The position numbers and the translations under genes are program-made. Below, piece after piece: positions 28,001-38,800 of a DNA stretch of 64,000 nucleotides; the stretch's first letter is position 1, and each line of letters opens with the position of its first letter. The stretch comes from Centroscyllium fabricii. Taxonomy: Eukaryota. The stretch spans positions 2,356,001 through 2,420,000 of the forward strand of contig JBNRSN020000015.1 in assembly GCA_051313645.2 (NCBI GenBank), given 5' to 3'. Under the pieces are notes generated by a model that was given only the letters and a program-made list of their open reading frames with translations, was not told where the DNA came from and did no database searches.

Positions 28001-29017
28001 GAGGTTTGATGGCATGAGTTTTGATGGCTTGAGGTTTGATGACTTGAGGTTTGATGGCATGAGGTTTGATGGCGTGAGGTTTGATGACGTGAGATTTGAT
28101 GGCGTGAGGTTTGTTGGCATGAGGTTTGATTGCATGAAGTTTGAAGGTGTGAGGTTTGATGGCGTGAGATTTGATGGCGTGAGGTTTGATGACATGAGGT
28201 TTGATGGCGTGAGTTTGATGTCGAGAGGTTTAATGGCATGAGATTCGATGACATGAGGTTTGATGGCGTGAGGTTTGATGTTGTGAGGTTTGATGTCGTG
28301 AAGTTTGATGGCGTGAGGTTTGATTGCATGAAGTTTGAAGGTGTGAGGTTTGATGGCGTGAGATTTGATGGCGTGAGGTTTGATGGCATTTGATGGTGTG
28401 AGGTTTGATCGCATGAGGTTTGATGGCGTGAGATTTGAAGGCGTGAGGTATGATGGCATGAGGTTTGATGACGTGAGGTATGATCGCGTGAGGTTTGATG
28501 GCGTGAGGTTTGATGGTGTGAGGTTTGATGGCATGTGGTTTGATGGCGTGAGATTTGATGGCATTTGATGGTGTGAGGTTTGATCGCATGAGGTTTGATG
28601 GCATGAGGTTTGATCGCATGAGGTTTGAAGGCGTGAGGTTAATGGCGTGAGATTTGATGGCGTGAGGTTTGATGGCGTGAGATTTGATACCTTGCTGTTT
28701 GATGGCGTGAGGTATGATGGCGTGAGATTTGATGGAGTGAAGTTTGATGGTGTGAGGTATGATGGCGTGAATTTGATGGAGTGAAGTTTGATGGCGTGAG
28801 GTTTAATGACGTGAGGTTTGATGCTGGGATGTTTGATTTTGTGAGGTTTGCTCATGTGAGGTTTAATGGCGTGAGGTTTAATGGCGTGAGGTTTGATGGC
28901 GTGAGGTTTGATGGCATGAGGTTTGATCGCATGAGGTTTGATGGCATGAGGTTTGATCGTGTGAGGTTTGACGCCATGAGGTTTGATGGCATTTGATGGA
29001 GTGAGGTTTGATGGCGT

Positions 29018-29265
29018 TGTTGCGCCGGCAAGGCCTAGGAACCACACGTGAGCCAGAGAGCTAGAGAAAACACAACTTTAATACACTAGAGCTAAACAAG
29101 AAAGAGAGTGAACCACTCGCAACAAGCATATTTAAACAGTCCCGCGGTTGGTGACGTCATCGCGTCGGCAGACGTGGTGACGTCGTCGCGTCACCCGGAT
29201 CAATGGGGCTCTGCTCCGCGGAGTTCCCGTGGCGGATTCGGTGTCCCAGTGGGCGTGCCGCCACA
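29018..29265 (-). repeat. 3' LTR (248 bp)
   Basis: TGTTGCGCC...GCCACA. It matches 33509-33756 with 5 substitutions by eye. ATTAAA poly(A) signal on minus at 29077-29082. Confidence 0.95.
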
Positions 29266-29268
29266 CAG

Positions 29269-29276
29269 CTCCCCCC
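29269..29276 (-). other. Polypurine tract (GGGGGGAG)
   Basis: Purine run on the minus strand, 3 nt upstream of the 3' LTR. Confidence 0.85.
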
Positions 29277-29307
29277 AGAATCCGTCCGGGATGAATAGTA
29301 AAAGAGT

Positions 29308-30756
29308 CTATGTGTGCCGTTGGGGTGGCCGGATAATGCGGCCGGACCGTGTTGCCTGCTGCTTCTGGTTCTGCGGTGGAGTGTGGGCGGGTTTTGTTGC
29401 GGGAGGGCGACCGCGTTGTGGTGGTTGTGCGGGGACAGTCGTCTCGCCCGCTATGACGTGTGCCGGCTTGAGCCGGTCTATTGTCAAAGTTTTAGTTCTA
29501 TTGCCCAATTGTAGTTCAAAAGCTTTAGCCCCCGCCCGAAGCACTCTGTAGGGGCCATCGTACGCTGGCTGTAGTGGAGATCGGTGTCCGTCGCGCCGGA
29601 CGAACACGAATTTAGCGTTTTTGATGCCGTCTGGCACCCGAGCCGCCGGCTCTCCGTGCCGGGCCACTGGTAGTGGCTGGAAAACACGTGCCGGGTTGCC
29701 GAAGTCTTTTAAATACTGGTCGGCTGACCAGGGAGCGTTGGGCTCAGCTAGGAACTCGCCCGGCACTGTTAAGGCTTGGCCGTAGACGAGTTCAGCTGCC
29801 GAGGCATTGAGGTCTTCCTTGACTGCCGAGCGCAGCCCGAGGAGAACCCATGGGAGACGGTCGGTCCACGACGCGTCCTTGAGAGTGGCTCGTAGCGATG
29901 CCTTCATTGAGCGGTGGAACCGTTCGCATAGCCCGTTCGCCTGTGGGTGGTATGCGGTGGTTCGATGTAGCGTTACCCCGAGGTCGCGGGCGATGGCCGC
30001 CCATAATTCTGACGTAAACTGGGGTCCTCTGTCGGAGGTGATGTCGGTGGGCACGCCGAAGCGGGCGACCCAGGTGGCGATAAACGCCCTGGCCAAGTCC
30101 GTGGTGCCGTTGGCGGTGAGGGGGACTGCTTCTGGCCAGCGGGCGTTGCCGTCGACCATGGTCATCACGTGCATGTGGCCCCGGGATGGCGGTAGTGGCC
30201 CGACGAGATCGATATGGACGTGGTCAAAGCGTCTGGCCGGCACTTTAAAAGTTTCCAGCGGTGCCCTGATGTGCTTATGCACTTTGGAGCGCTGGCAGGC
30301 GATGCAGGAGCTGGCCCAGGCGCGAACGTCCTTACGCAGGCCACGCCATACGAACCGGGCCGAGACTAATTTGATGGACGCGCGGGTGCCGGGGTGGGAC
30401 AGGTCATGGAGGGTCCTAAATATGTGTCGCCTCCAAGCGTGGGGGACGACGGGCCTAGGCTGCGGCAGCGATACGTCGCAGCAGACGACGGTGGGAGCGG
30501 GGCCGTGTGCGATATTGGCCCAGTGGAGGCCAGGGAGATTAGCTGCTGCGTTGAGCAGGTCCGGGTCGGCCAGCTGGTCAGCGGCCAGCTGGGCGTAATC
30601 GACCGTCATTTTGGCGGCGTTAATGGTGGGGCGTGAGAGGCAGTCAGCGACCACGTTGTCACGGCCGGATATGTGTTGGATGTCGGTCGTAAATTCCGAC
30701 ACGGCCGCGAGTTGGCGCTGCTGCCTGGCCGACCAGGGTTCGGCGACCTTAGCCAT
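29308..30756 (-). CDS. Open integrase-containing part of pol (RNase H end, tether, HHCC-DDE integrase)
   Basis: 482-aa ORF containing LHDLSHPG...CIACQ, HIDLVGP, SDRGPQFTS, HPQANGLCERFHR and YDGPYRV. It is in frame with the upstream RT/RH across the premature stop. Confidence 0.85.
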   Translation of the reverse strand: MAKVAEPWSARQQRQLAAVSEFTTDIQHISGRDNVVADCLSRPTINAAKMTVDYAQLAADQLADPDLLNAAANLPGLHWANIAHGPAPTVVCCDVSLPQPRPVVPHAWRRHIFRTLHDLSHPGTRASIKLVSARFVWRGLRKDVRAWASSCIACQRSKVHKHIRAPLETFKVPARRFDHVHIDLVGPLPPSRGHMHVMTMVDGNARWPEAVPLTANGTTDLARAFIATWVARFGVPTDITSDRGPQFTSELWAAIARDLGVTLHRTTAYHPQANGLCERFHRSMKASLRATLKDASWTDRLPWVLLGLRSAVKEDLNASAAELVYGQALTVPGEFLAEPNAPWSADQYLKDFGNPARVFQPLPVARHGEPAARVPDGIKNAKFVFVRRDGHRSPLQPAYDGPYRVLRAGAKAFELQLGNRTKTLTIDRLKPAHVIAGETTVPAQPPQRGRPPATKPAHTPPQNQKQQATRSGRIIRPPQRHT

Positions 30757-31346
30757 CGCAAACGTGAGTGGCTTATGGTCGACGAAGGCTGTGAAGTGGC
30801 GGCCCTCCAGGAGGAAACGAAAGTGTCACACTGCCAGATGAAGAGCGAGGAGCTCCCTATCGAAGGCGCTGTATTTAACCTCTGGGGGCCGGAGTTGCCA
30901 GCTGAAAAAGTCCAGGGGCTGCCACAAGTTGCCGGCCCACTGCTCAAATACGGCCCCGACCGCGTGGTCGGAGGCGTCGGTAGTGAGGGCTACTCTGCCG
31001 TTGGGCCTAGGGTGGGCTAGGAGGGTGGCGTTTGCCAGGGCGGTTTTAGTTGCGGTGAAGGTGGTGGCGGCGTCGGCCGTCCACTCGACCGCAGCCTTGT
31101 TGGACTGCCCGCGGGTGGCCTGGTATAAGGGGGCCATGAGAGCGGCTGCTCCCGGGATAAAGCGGTTATAAAAATTAACCATGCCCAGGAATTCCTGCAG
31201 CCCTTTAATGGAGTGCGGGCGGGGGAATTCCTGTACCGCCTGCACCTTGGAGGGCAGGGGTATAGCCCCTGTTTGGGAAATGCGGTGGCCGAGGAAGTCA
31301 ATAGTATCGAGGCCGAATTTGCACTTGGTGGGGCTTAATATAAGGC

Positions 31347-31625
31347 TGTGGCGACACGCCCACCGGCAGCCACGAACCCGCGCTGGGAAGGCTGCAAAGC
31401 GGCCCCGCCCGTCGGAGGACGCACGGACTTCCCCGACGTGATGACGTCACCAGGTGGCCAGCCGGCAGTGACGTCCCCAGCGACGGGACCTTTAAATACC
31501 TGAGCACCAGGTGGCTCAGTCTCTTTTCTCCCTCTCTGGCCCTAGCTGGAACAAGTAGTTAATAAAAACTCTGCTTTTAACCCCTCTGTGTCCAGCGTGG
31601 TCCTTCAGCCTTGCAGGCCTCAACA
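31347..31625 (+). mobile_element. Nested solo LTR (279 bp) of a related Gypsy family, antisense to the host element
   Basis: TGTGGCGACACGCCCAC...CAACA termini, TSD AGGC (31343-31346 and 31626-31629), TTTAAATA at 31491 and AATAAA at 31561. Both ends resemble the sense strand of the host LTR. Confidence 0.92.
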
Positions 31626-33495
31626 AGGCCGTGTTCGGCCAGGCGCTGGAACAGGGTCCTGAGGTGCAGGAGGTGCTCCTGGGGGGAGGTGCTGGCCACG
31701 AGGATGTCGTCTAAATAGACGAAAATGAACTTCAAGTCCCGTAGAACCGAGTCCATGAGGCGCTGGAAGGCCTGGGCCGCGTTTTTAAGGTCGAAGGGCA
31801 TCCTGAGGAACTCGAAGAGCCCAAAGGGGGTGATAACGGCCGTTTTAGGAATGTCCGCCGGGTGCACCGGAACCTGGTGGTAGCCACGCACCAGGTCGAT
31901 CTTGGAAAAGATCGTACAGCCCGCTAATCTGGCGGAAAAATCCTGGATGTGGGGTATGGTGTACCTATCCGGGGTAGTGGCGTTGTTTAGGTGGCAGTAG
32001 TCACCGCAGGGGTGCCAACCCCCATCTGGCTTGGGGGCTATGTGGAGAGGAGAGGCCCAGGGGCTGTTGGAGTGGCGGATGATGCCGAGTTGCTCCATGG
32101 TGTGGAACTCGGCGCGCGCGATCTCCTGCTTGGCCGGGTCGAGCCTACGGGCGTGGGCATGGACGGCAGGGCCTGTGGTTGTTATAAAGTGTTCCACCCC
32201 GTGTTTAGCCTGTCGGGCGGTGAACGTGGGGTTGGTTAGGGCGGGGAACTCTGCAAGTAGTGTGCCGTAGGCATCTGAGTTCCGTGAGCGGCATTGGGCT
32301 GCCGCGTGGGCCAGGAGTGCGGGCCCTGTGGAGCATGGGATGGTCGTCATGGTATTCATGTTGACCAAGCGGCGCCGGGTTACGTCGACCAGTAGGCCGT
32401 AGGCGCAGAGGAAATCTGCCCCGAGGAGGGGCGATGTGACCTGGGCTGTGACGAAATCCCAGGTGTACGTGTGGCTTGCAAGTGTGATAGTAAGCTTGCG
32501 GGTGCCGTACGTTTTAATACTGGAGCCGTTGGCCGCTGCTAGTGGCGGGCCCCGGGTGCCTTGTTTGGTTTCTGCAGGGGAGGCTGGCACGATGCTGTGC
32601 TGCGCGCCTGTGTCGCAGAGGAAACTAAGGCCTGTGCCTCTGTCTGTAACAAAGAGCAGTGCTCCTGTGTGGCCTACAGACATGGAGGGGGCTGAGTTGG
32701 GCCGTGGCTTGAACGCGCATGGCTGGACGCAGCGGTGCGCTTTGTTATCGAACCGCGTGTGGTAGTAGTACCAGCCGGTGCTAGAGGGACGCAGTTGCTT
32801 AGGTGGGCGCGGGGCCCTAGGTTCAGGCGTAAAGTTAGGCCTGGGGGGTGATTGGCTGCGCTCTACCGATGCGGAGTTAGGGTCGCACGTGGTTGAGCGG
32901 GTGCGCTGCGCCTCCATCAGCCGGTCGGCTTCCTCTGCGAGCTCGTCGTCTCTCCGTTGGCCAAGGGCCGCCAAGGCCGGTCTGATGGAACGGGGCAGTT
33001 TAAGGAGGAAGACGGTGCGGAACAGGGAGGCGGGATTGGGTGTGAGCGTTTGCATCTGACCTAAGAGGTCCGATGGGTCTGCGTCCCCGAGTTCGGGGAG
33101 GTCAAGGAGCTGGCAGTCGCGCTCAAATTGAGAGGGGGTAAAAAAAATTATGAGCGCGGCCTTAAGGGATTCGTACCTGCCTGTAGTGGGCACACGCTGT
33201 ATTTTTGACCACATCCAATCGATCGTCGATTGCGGTAGGGCTGAGAACACCAGGTCGTAGCGGTCGTCCCCCTTGATGCCATGTGTGCGGCAGCTGGTCT
33301 CGATGCACATAAACCAGGCCGCTGGCCGTTGCTCCCAGAACTCAGGTAGAGTTAGTCCATGTCCGAAGTTCTGGCCAAGTCCTTGCGTTCGTGGAGCTTG
33401 GTTCCTTGCTCGTGCCATGTTTTCTGTTTAAAAAGTTCTTTGGCTGGTGGTCCCAGATCCTGCGGCAGCTTTTCTTCTTTGGAAGTCGTTCCAAT

Positions 33496-33507
33496 TCGGG
33501 GTCACCA
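33496..33507 (-). other. Primer-binding site complementary to tRNA-Trp
   Basis: The minus strand reads TGGTGACCCCGA 1 nt after the 5' LTR, matching the first 12 nt of the canonical tRNA-Trp PBS (TGGTGACCCCGACGTGAT). Confidence 0.88.
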
Positions 33508-33508
33508 C

Positions 33509-33756
33509 TGTAGCGCTGGCAAGGCCTAGGAACCACACGTGAGCCAGAGAGCTAGAGAAAACACAACTTTAATACACTAGAGCTAAACAAGAAAGAGAGT
33601 GAACCACTCGCAACAAGCGTATTTAAACAGTCCCGCGGTTGGTGACGTCATCGCGTCGGCAGACGTGGTGACGTCGTCGCGTCACCCGGATGAGTGGGGC
33701 TCTGCTCCGCGGAGTTCCCGTGGCGGATTCGGTGTCCCAGTGGGCGTGCCGCCACA
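33509..33756 (-). repeat. 5' LTR (248 bp)
   Basis: TGTAGCGCT...GCCACA, adjacent to the PBS. Contains TTTAAATA (minus, 33620-33627) and CRE-like TGACGTCA. Confidence 0.95.
33620..33675 (-). promoter_or_regulatory. Putative LTR promoter: TATA-like TTTAAATA with upstream CRE-like TGACGTC sites
   Basis: The same arrangement (TGACGTC sites followed by TTTAAATA) is conserved in the diverged nested LTR at 31441-31498. Confidence 0.5.
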
Positions 33757-34864
33757 GCGTGAGGTTTAATGACGTGAGGTTTGATGCCGGGATGTTTGAT
33801 TTTATGAGGTTTGCTCATGTGAGGTTTAATGGCGTGAGGTTTGATGGCGTGAGGTTTGATGGCGTGAGGTTTGATGGCATGAGGTTTGATCGCATGAGGT
33901 TTGATGGCATGAGGTTTGATCGTGTGAGGTTTGATGGCTTGAGGTTTGATGGCGTGCGGTTTGATGGCGCGAGGTTTGATGGTGTGATGTTTGATATCGT
34001 GAGGTTTGATGACATGAGATTTGATGGTGTGAGTTTTGATGGAGTGAAGTTTGATGACGTGAGATTTGATGACGTGAGGTTTGATGACATCAGGTATGAT
34101 GATGTGAGGTTTTACGAGGTGGTGTTTGATGATGTGAGGTTTGATGATGTGAGGTTTGATGATGTGAGGTTTGATCGCGTGGATTGATCTCGTGAGATTT
34201 GATGACGTGAGGTTTGATGGCGTGAGCTTTGATGGCGTGAGGTTTGATGGCGTGAGGTTTGATGGCGTGACATTTGACAGCGTGAGGTGTGATGACGTGA
34301 GGTTTAATGGTGTGAATTTTGATGGCGTGAGCATTGATGACGTGAGGTTTGATGGCGTGAGTTTGATGACGTGAGGATTGATGGCATGAGGTTTGATGGC
34401 GTGAGGTTTGATGGCATGAGGATTGATGGCATGAGGTTTGATCATGAGGTTTGATGGCGTGAGCTTTGATGGAATGAGATTTGATGGCGTGAGGTTTGAT
34501 GGCGTGAGGTTTGATGGCGTGATGTTTGATCGCGAGGTTTGATGGCCTGAGATTTGATGACATATGGTTTGATGACCTGAGGTTTGATGGCGTGTGGTTT
34601 GATGATGAGAGGTTTGATGACGTGAGGTTTGATGGCATGAGGTTTGATGGCGTAAGGTTTGAAGGCGTGAGGTTTGATGGCGTGAGGTTTGATGATGTGA
34701 GGTTTGATGGCGTGAGGTTCTATGGCATGAGGTTTGATGGCGCGATGTTTGATGGCATGAGGTTTGATGGCTTGAGGTTTGATGGCTTGAGGTTTGATGG
34801 CATGAGGTTTGATGGCATGAGATTTGATGGAGTGAGGTTTGATGATGTGAGGTTTGATGACGTG
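33757..34864. repeat. 15-bp satellite segment
   Basis: Same monomer, carrying left-domain variants. Confidence 0.97.
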
Positions 34865-35860
34865 TGTAACGGTGGGGTGTGGGGCCCAAATGCAAGACAC
34901 TGATAAAACTGTCTAGGTCCTTAAATTCCTTTATATACAAAACTGCTGTAATAACAAACATACATGCATACATTCATAAAGTTACAATACATAATTAAAT
35001 GGCATACAATTAGTTAGATACAGAAAAACAAGTTCCCTTCCGAACTGGTACAAAACTTTCCTCAGTGAGTGGAATGATACTCCGTCAAGAGCATCATAAT
35101 GTAGTGAATTACATGTCCAACCCTGACTACAGGTGGTAGAGAGAAAAGTCCAGGCTGTTGAATTAAGAATACTCCCGAGTCCGCCCTACAGCAGGGACTC
35201 ACTCCAACGGAGTCTTCAGAGGAAGAATCCATCTTCACAAACAAGGAAACTCCCCACATACTCTACTGAAATGTCCAAACCTCAGTTCGGGTGATAACGA
35301 CCAATGTCCAGGAAGTAGAACCAGGATTTCTTCAAAGTCCGCTCGACCGCGGGGACTCAACCCAACGGAGTTCACAGAACGAGAATACTTGATCTACTTA
35401 GCAGGGGAACTCCCTTACTTAACTAATGGAATGTCCAAACCTGAGCCCAGGTGGCAGAGTGCAATGTCCAGAATGTAGACAACTGTAGTTCTCCGAAGTC
35501 CGCTCCACAGCTAAGACTCACTCTACCCGAGTTTCCAGAAGAGAATACATCATCTACAAGGCAGGGGAACACCCAAACCCATTGCCTCTCCAGGAGCTCA
35601 GACAGCAACCACTCCTTCCAGTAGTTCATAGTAATGAGTCGTAAGTAGTATAATGATCCGGCAACGCCCTGGTCACAGAGCCCAGCTTATAAGCCGATCA
35701 GCCAAACACGATTCATTAATGCAAACCAATAAAATGCAGGTATTGAGAACCAGGAACACACAGGTATGTGCACAGGTAATTGAGGTATAATGAACCAAAA
35801 CAGAGAACAAAACAAAGAATTCCAAAATGGATTACTTAAAGGGGAATGCCATCTGTGACA
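34865..35860 (-). mobile_element. ~1-kb solo LTR (996 bp), Gypsy/ERV-like
   Basis: TGTAAC...GTGACA termini and 5-bp TSD ACGTG (34860-34864 and 35861-35865). No coding domains. On minus there is TATAAGCTGGG near 35690 and a 3' end ...TGCATTTGGGCCCC...GTTACA. Homologous to 41289-42286. Orientation is inferred. Confidence 0.88.
35110..35575. repeat. Three diverged ~160-bp tandem units inside the solo LTR
   Basis: AGTCCGC...GACTCA...GAGT...AGAAT recurs at about 35178, 35336 and 35497. ATGTCCA motifs recur with the same period. Confidence 0.8.
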
Positions 35861-38800
35861 ACGTGAGGTTTGATGGCGTGAGGTTTGATGCTGTGAGCTT
35901 TGATGGCATGAGGTTTTATGACGTGAGGTTTGATGGCGTGAATGTGATGACGTAAGGTTTAAAAACCTGAGGTTTGATGACATGAGGTTTGATGGCGTGA
36001 GGTTTGATGGCATGAGATTTGATGACATGAGGTTTGATGGCATGAGGTTTGATGGCATGAAGATTGATGGCATGAGGATTGATGGCATGATGATTGATGG
36101 CATGAGGTTTGATGGCATGTGATTTGATGGCGTGAAGTTTGATGACATGAGATTTGATAGCAAGGGTCATGATGGCATGAGGTTTGATGACATGAGGTTA
36201 GATTGCGTGAGGTTTGATGGCGTGAGGTTTCATGTCGTGAGGTTTGATGGCATGCGGATTGATGACGTGAGGTTTGATGGCTTGAGTTTTGATGGCTTGA
36301 GGTTTGATGGCGTGAGGTTTGATGACGTGAGATTTGATGGAGTGAGGTTTGATGATGTGAGGTTTGATGACGTGAGGTTTGATGGCGTGAGGTTTGATGC
36401 TGTGAGCTTTGATGACATGAGGTTTTATGACGTGAGGTTTGATGGCGTGAATGTGATGACGTGAGGTTTGATGGCGTGAGGTTTAAAAACCTGAGGTTTG
36501 ATGACATGAGGTTTGATGGCGTGAGGTTTGATGGCATGAGATTTGATGACATGAGGTTTGATGGCATGAGGTTTGATGGCATGAGGATTGATGGCATGAG
36601 GATTGAAGGCATGAGGATTGATGGCATGAGGTTTGATGGCGTGTGATTTGATGGCGTGAAGTTTTATGACATGAGATTTGATGGCAAGGGTCATGATGGC
36701 ATGAGGTTTGATGACATGAGGTTAGATTGCATGAGGTTTGATGGCGTGAGGATTGATGACGTGAGGTTTGATGGCATGAGGTTTGATGGCGTGATGTTTG
36801 ATGGCATGAGGTCTGATGACGTGCGTTATGACATGAGGTTTGATGGCGAGGTTTGATGGCGTGAGGTTTGATGACGTGAGTTTTGATGATGAGAGCTTCG
36901 ATCACGTTAGGTTTGATACGTGAGGTTTGATGACGTGAGGTTTGATGACGTAAGGTTTGATGGTGTGACGTCTGATGACGTGAGATTTGATTGCGTGCGG
37001 TTTGATGACGTGAGGTTTGACGACGTGAGGTTTAATGACGTGACATTTGATAACATGACGTTTGATGACGTGAGGTTTGATCTCGTGGTTTGATGCCGTG
37101 CGATTTGATGACATGTAGTTTGATGGCGTGAGGTTTGATGATGTGAGGTTCTATGGCGTGAAATTTGATGGCGTGAGGTGTGATGGGATGATGTTTCATG
37201 GCATGAGGTTTGATGGCGTGAGGTTTGATAACGTGAGGTTCTATGGCGTGAGGTTCGATGGCGTGATGTTTGATGGCATGAGGTTTGATGGCATGAGGTT
37301 TGATGGCATGAGGTTTGATGGCTTGAGGTTTGATGACTTGAGGTTTGATGGCATGAGGTTTGATGGCGTGAGGTTTGATGACGTGAGATTTGATGGCGTG
37401 AGGTTTGTTGGCATGAGGTTTGATGATGTGAGGTTTGATGGCGTGAGGTTTGATGGCGTGAAGTTTGATGTTGTGAGCTTTGATGGCATGAGGTTTGATG
37501 ACGTGAGGTTTGATGGCGTGAGTTTGATGGCGTGAGGTTTGATGGCATGCGATTTGATGCCATGAGGTTTGATGGCATGAGGATTGATGTCGTGTGATTT
37601 GATGGCGTGAAGTTTGATGACATGAGATTTGATGGCAAGGGTCATGATGGAGTGAAGTTTGATGACGTGCGATTTGATGGCGTGATGTTTGATCATGTGA
37701 GGTTTGATGATGTGAGATTTGATAGCGTGAGGTTTGATGACGTGAGGTTTGAGACCTGAGGTTTGATGTCGTGTGGTTTGATGACGTGAGGTTTGATGAC
37801 GTGAGGTTTGATGACGTGAGGTTTGATGGCGTGAGGTTTGATGGCGTGATGTTTGATGGCGTGAGGTTTGATGGCATGAAGTTTGATGGCGTGAGGTTTG
37901 ATGGCGTGAGGTTTGATGGTGTGAGGTTCGATGACGTTAGGTTTGATGTTGTGAGTTTTGAGGACGTGACGATTGATTGCGTGAGGTTTGATGAGGTGAG
38001 GTTTCATCGTGCGGTTTGATGGCGTGAGATTTGACGACATGAGGTTTGATGGCTTGAGGTTTGATGGCGTGAGGTTTGATGGCATGACAATTGATGACGT
38101 GAGATTTGATGGCGTGAGGTTTGATGGAGTGATGTTTGATCATGTGAGGTTTGATGACTTGAGATTTGATGACCTGAGGTTTGATGACGTGAGGTTTGAT
38201 GACATGAGGTTTGATGACGTGAGGTTTGATGGCGTGAGGTTTGATGACGTGAGGTTTGATGACGTGAGGTTTGATGACGTGAGGTTTGATGGCATGACAA
38301 TTGATGACGTGAGGCTTGATGGCATGAGGTTTGATGATGTGAGGTTTGATGGCATGACAATTGATGATGTGAGGTTTGATGGCATGGCAATTGACGATGT
38401 GAGGTTTGATCGTGTGAGGGTTGATGACGTGAGATTTGATAGCGTGAGGTTTGATGACGTGAGGTTTGATGACGTGTGGTTTGATGACGTGAGGTTTGAT
38501 GACGTGAGGTTTGATGACGTGAGGTTTTATGGCGTGAGGTTTGATGGCATGAGGTTTGATGGCATGAGGTTTGATGACGTGAGGTTTGATGATGTGAGTT
38601 TTGATGACGTGAGGTTTGATGACGTGCGTTATGACATGAGGTTTGATCGCGAGGTTTGATGGCGTGAGCTTTGATGGCATGAGTTTTGATGATAAGAGCT
38701 TTAATGACGTTAGGTTTGATGGCGTGAGGATTGATGACATGAGGTTTGATGACGTAAGGTTTGATGGTGTGAGGTTTGATGACGTGAGGTTTGATGACGT

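Larger units (their letters stand above)
1..29017. repeat. 15-bp tandem satellite (GTGAGGTTTGATGGC), left higher-order-repeat domain
   Basis: Continuous head-to-tail monomers with GGC/GAC and GTG/ATG variants and occasional 10-, 13- and 14-bp monomers. Diagnostic variants recur, e.g. GGCATCAAG, GATGCCGGGATGTTTGATTTTG and GGCAGGAATTTTG. The array runs off the left edge of the window. Confidence 0.98.
29308..33418 (-). pseudogene. gag-pol polyprotein (~1275 aa when reconstructed), disrupted by a nested solo LTR and a TGA at 30826-30828
   Basis: Gag LPEFW..PAAWF with a degenerate CHCC knuckle (YYYH-X9-C-X3-C); protease FLCDTGA; RT motifs DLVRGYHQ and YLDD; RNase H TTDASD...DHKPL; integrase HHCC and DLVGP/SDRGPQF/ERFHR (DDE); GPY. 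Removing 283 bp (LTR plus TSD) fuses LAEHGL-ILSPTKCKFG in frame. Confidence 0.93.
29018..33756 (-). mobile_element. Ty3/Gypsy LTR retrotransposon, CsRn1/Kabuki-like clade; full length but inactivated
   Basis: Two 248-bp direct LTRs with TG...CA ends, 4-bp TSD GCGT (29014-29017 and 33757-33760), tRNA-Trp PBS, polypurine tract (PPT), and Gag-PR-RT-RH-IN domain order with no env. Confidence 0.96.

Noticed and set aside
26-28996. (V/M)RFD(G/D) ORFs as genuine pentapeptide-repeat protein genes, here and in the right domain
   Set aside because: Frames are broken every few hundred bp by 10-, 13- and 14-bp monomers, variation follows CpG decay rather than synonymous sites, and there are no unique N- or C-terminal domains.
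29807-33059. Plus-strand ORFs overlapping gag-pol (e.g. 29807-30598, 263 aa)
   Set aside because: These are antisense shadows of a GC-rich coding region with no recognisable motifs.
35167-35228. Hammerhead ribozyme (retrozyme) in the LTR internal repeats
   Set aside because: CUGAAGA occurs on minus in only one copy, and CUGAGGA on plus in two. The required GAAA after stem II is absent and the box is not conserved across copies.
34865-35860. DNA transposon/MITE interpretation of the 1-kb inserts
   Set aside because: They have only short TGT..ACA ends, a 5-bp TSD and a TATA/poly(A) layout, which fit solo LTRs. No extended terminal inverted repeats are present.
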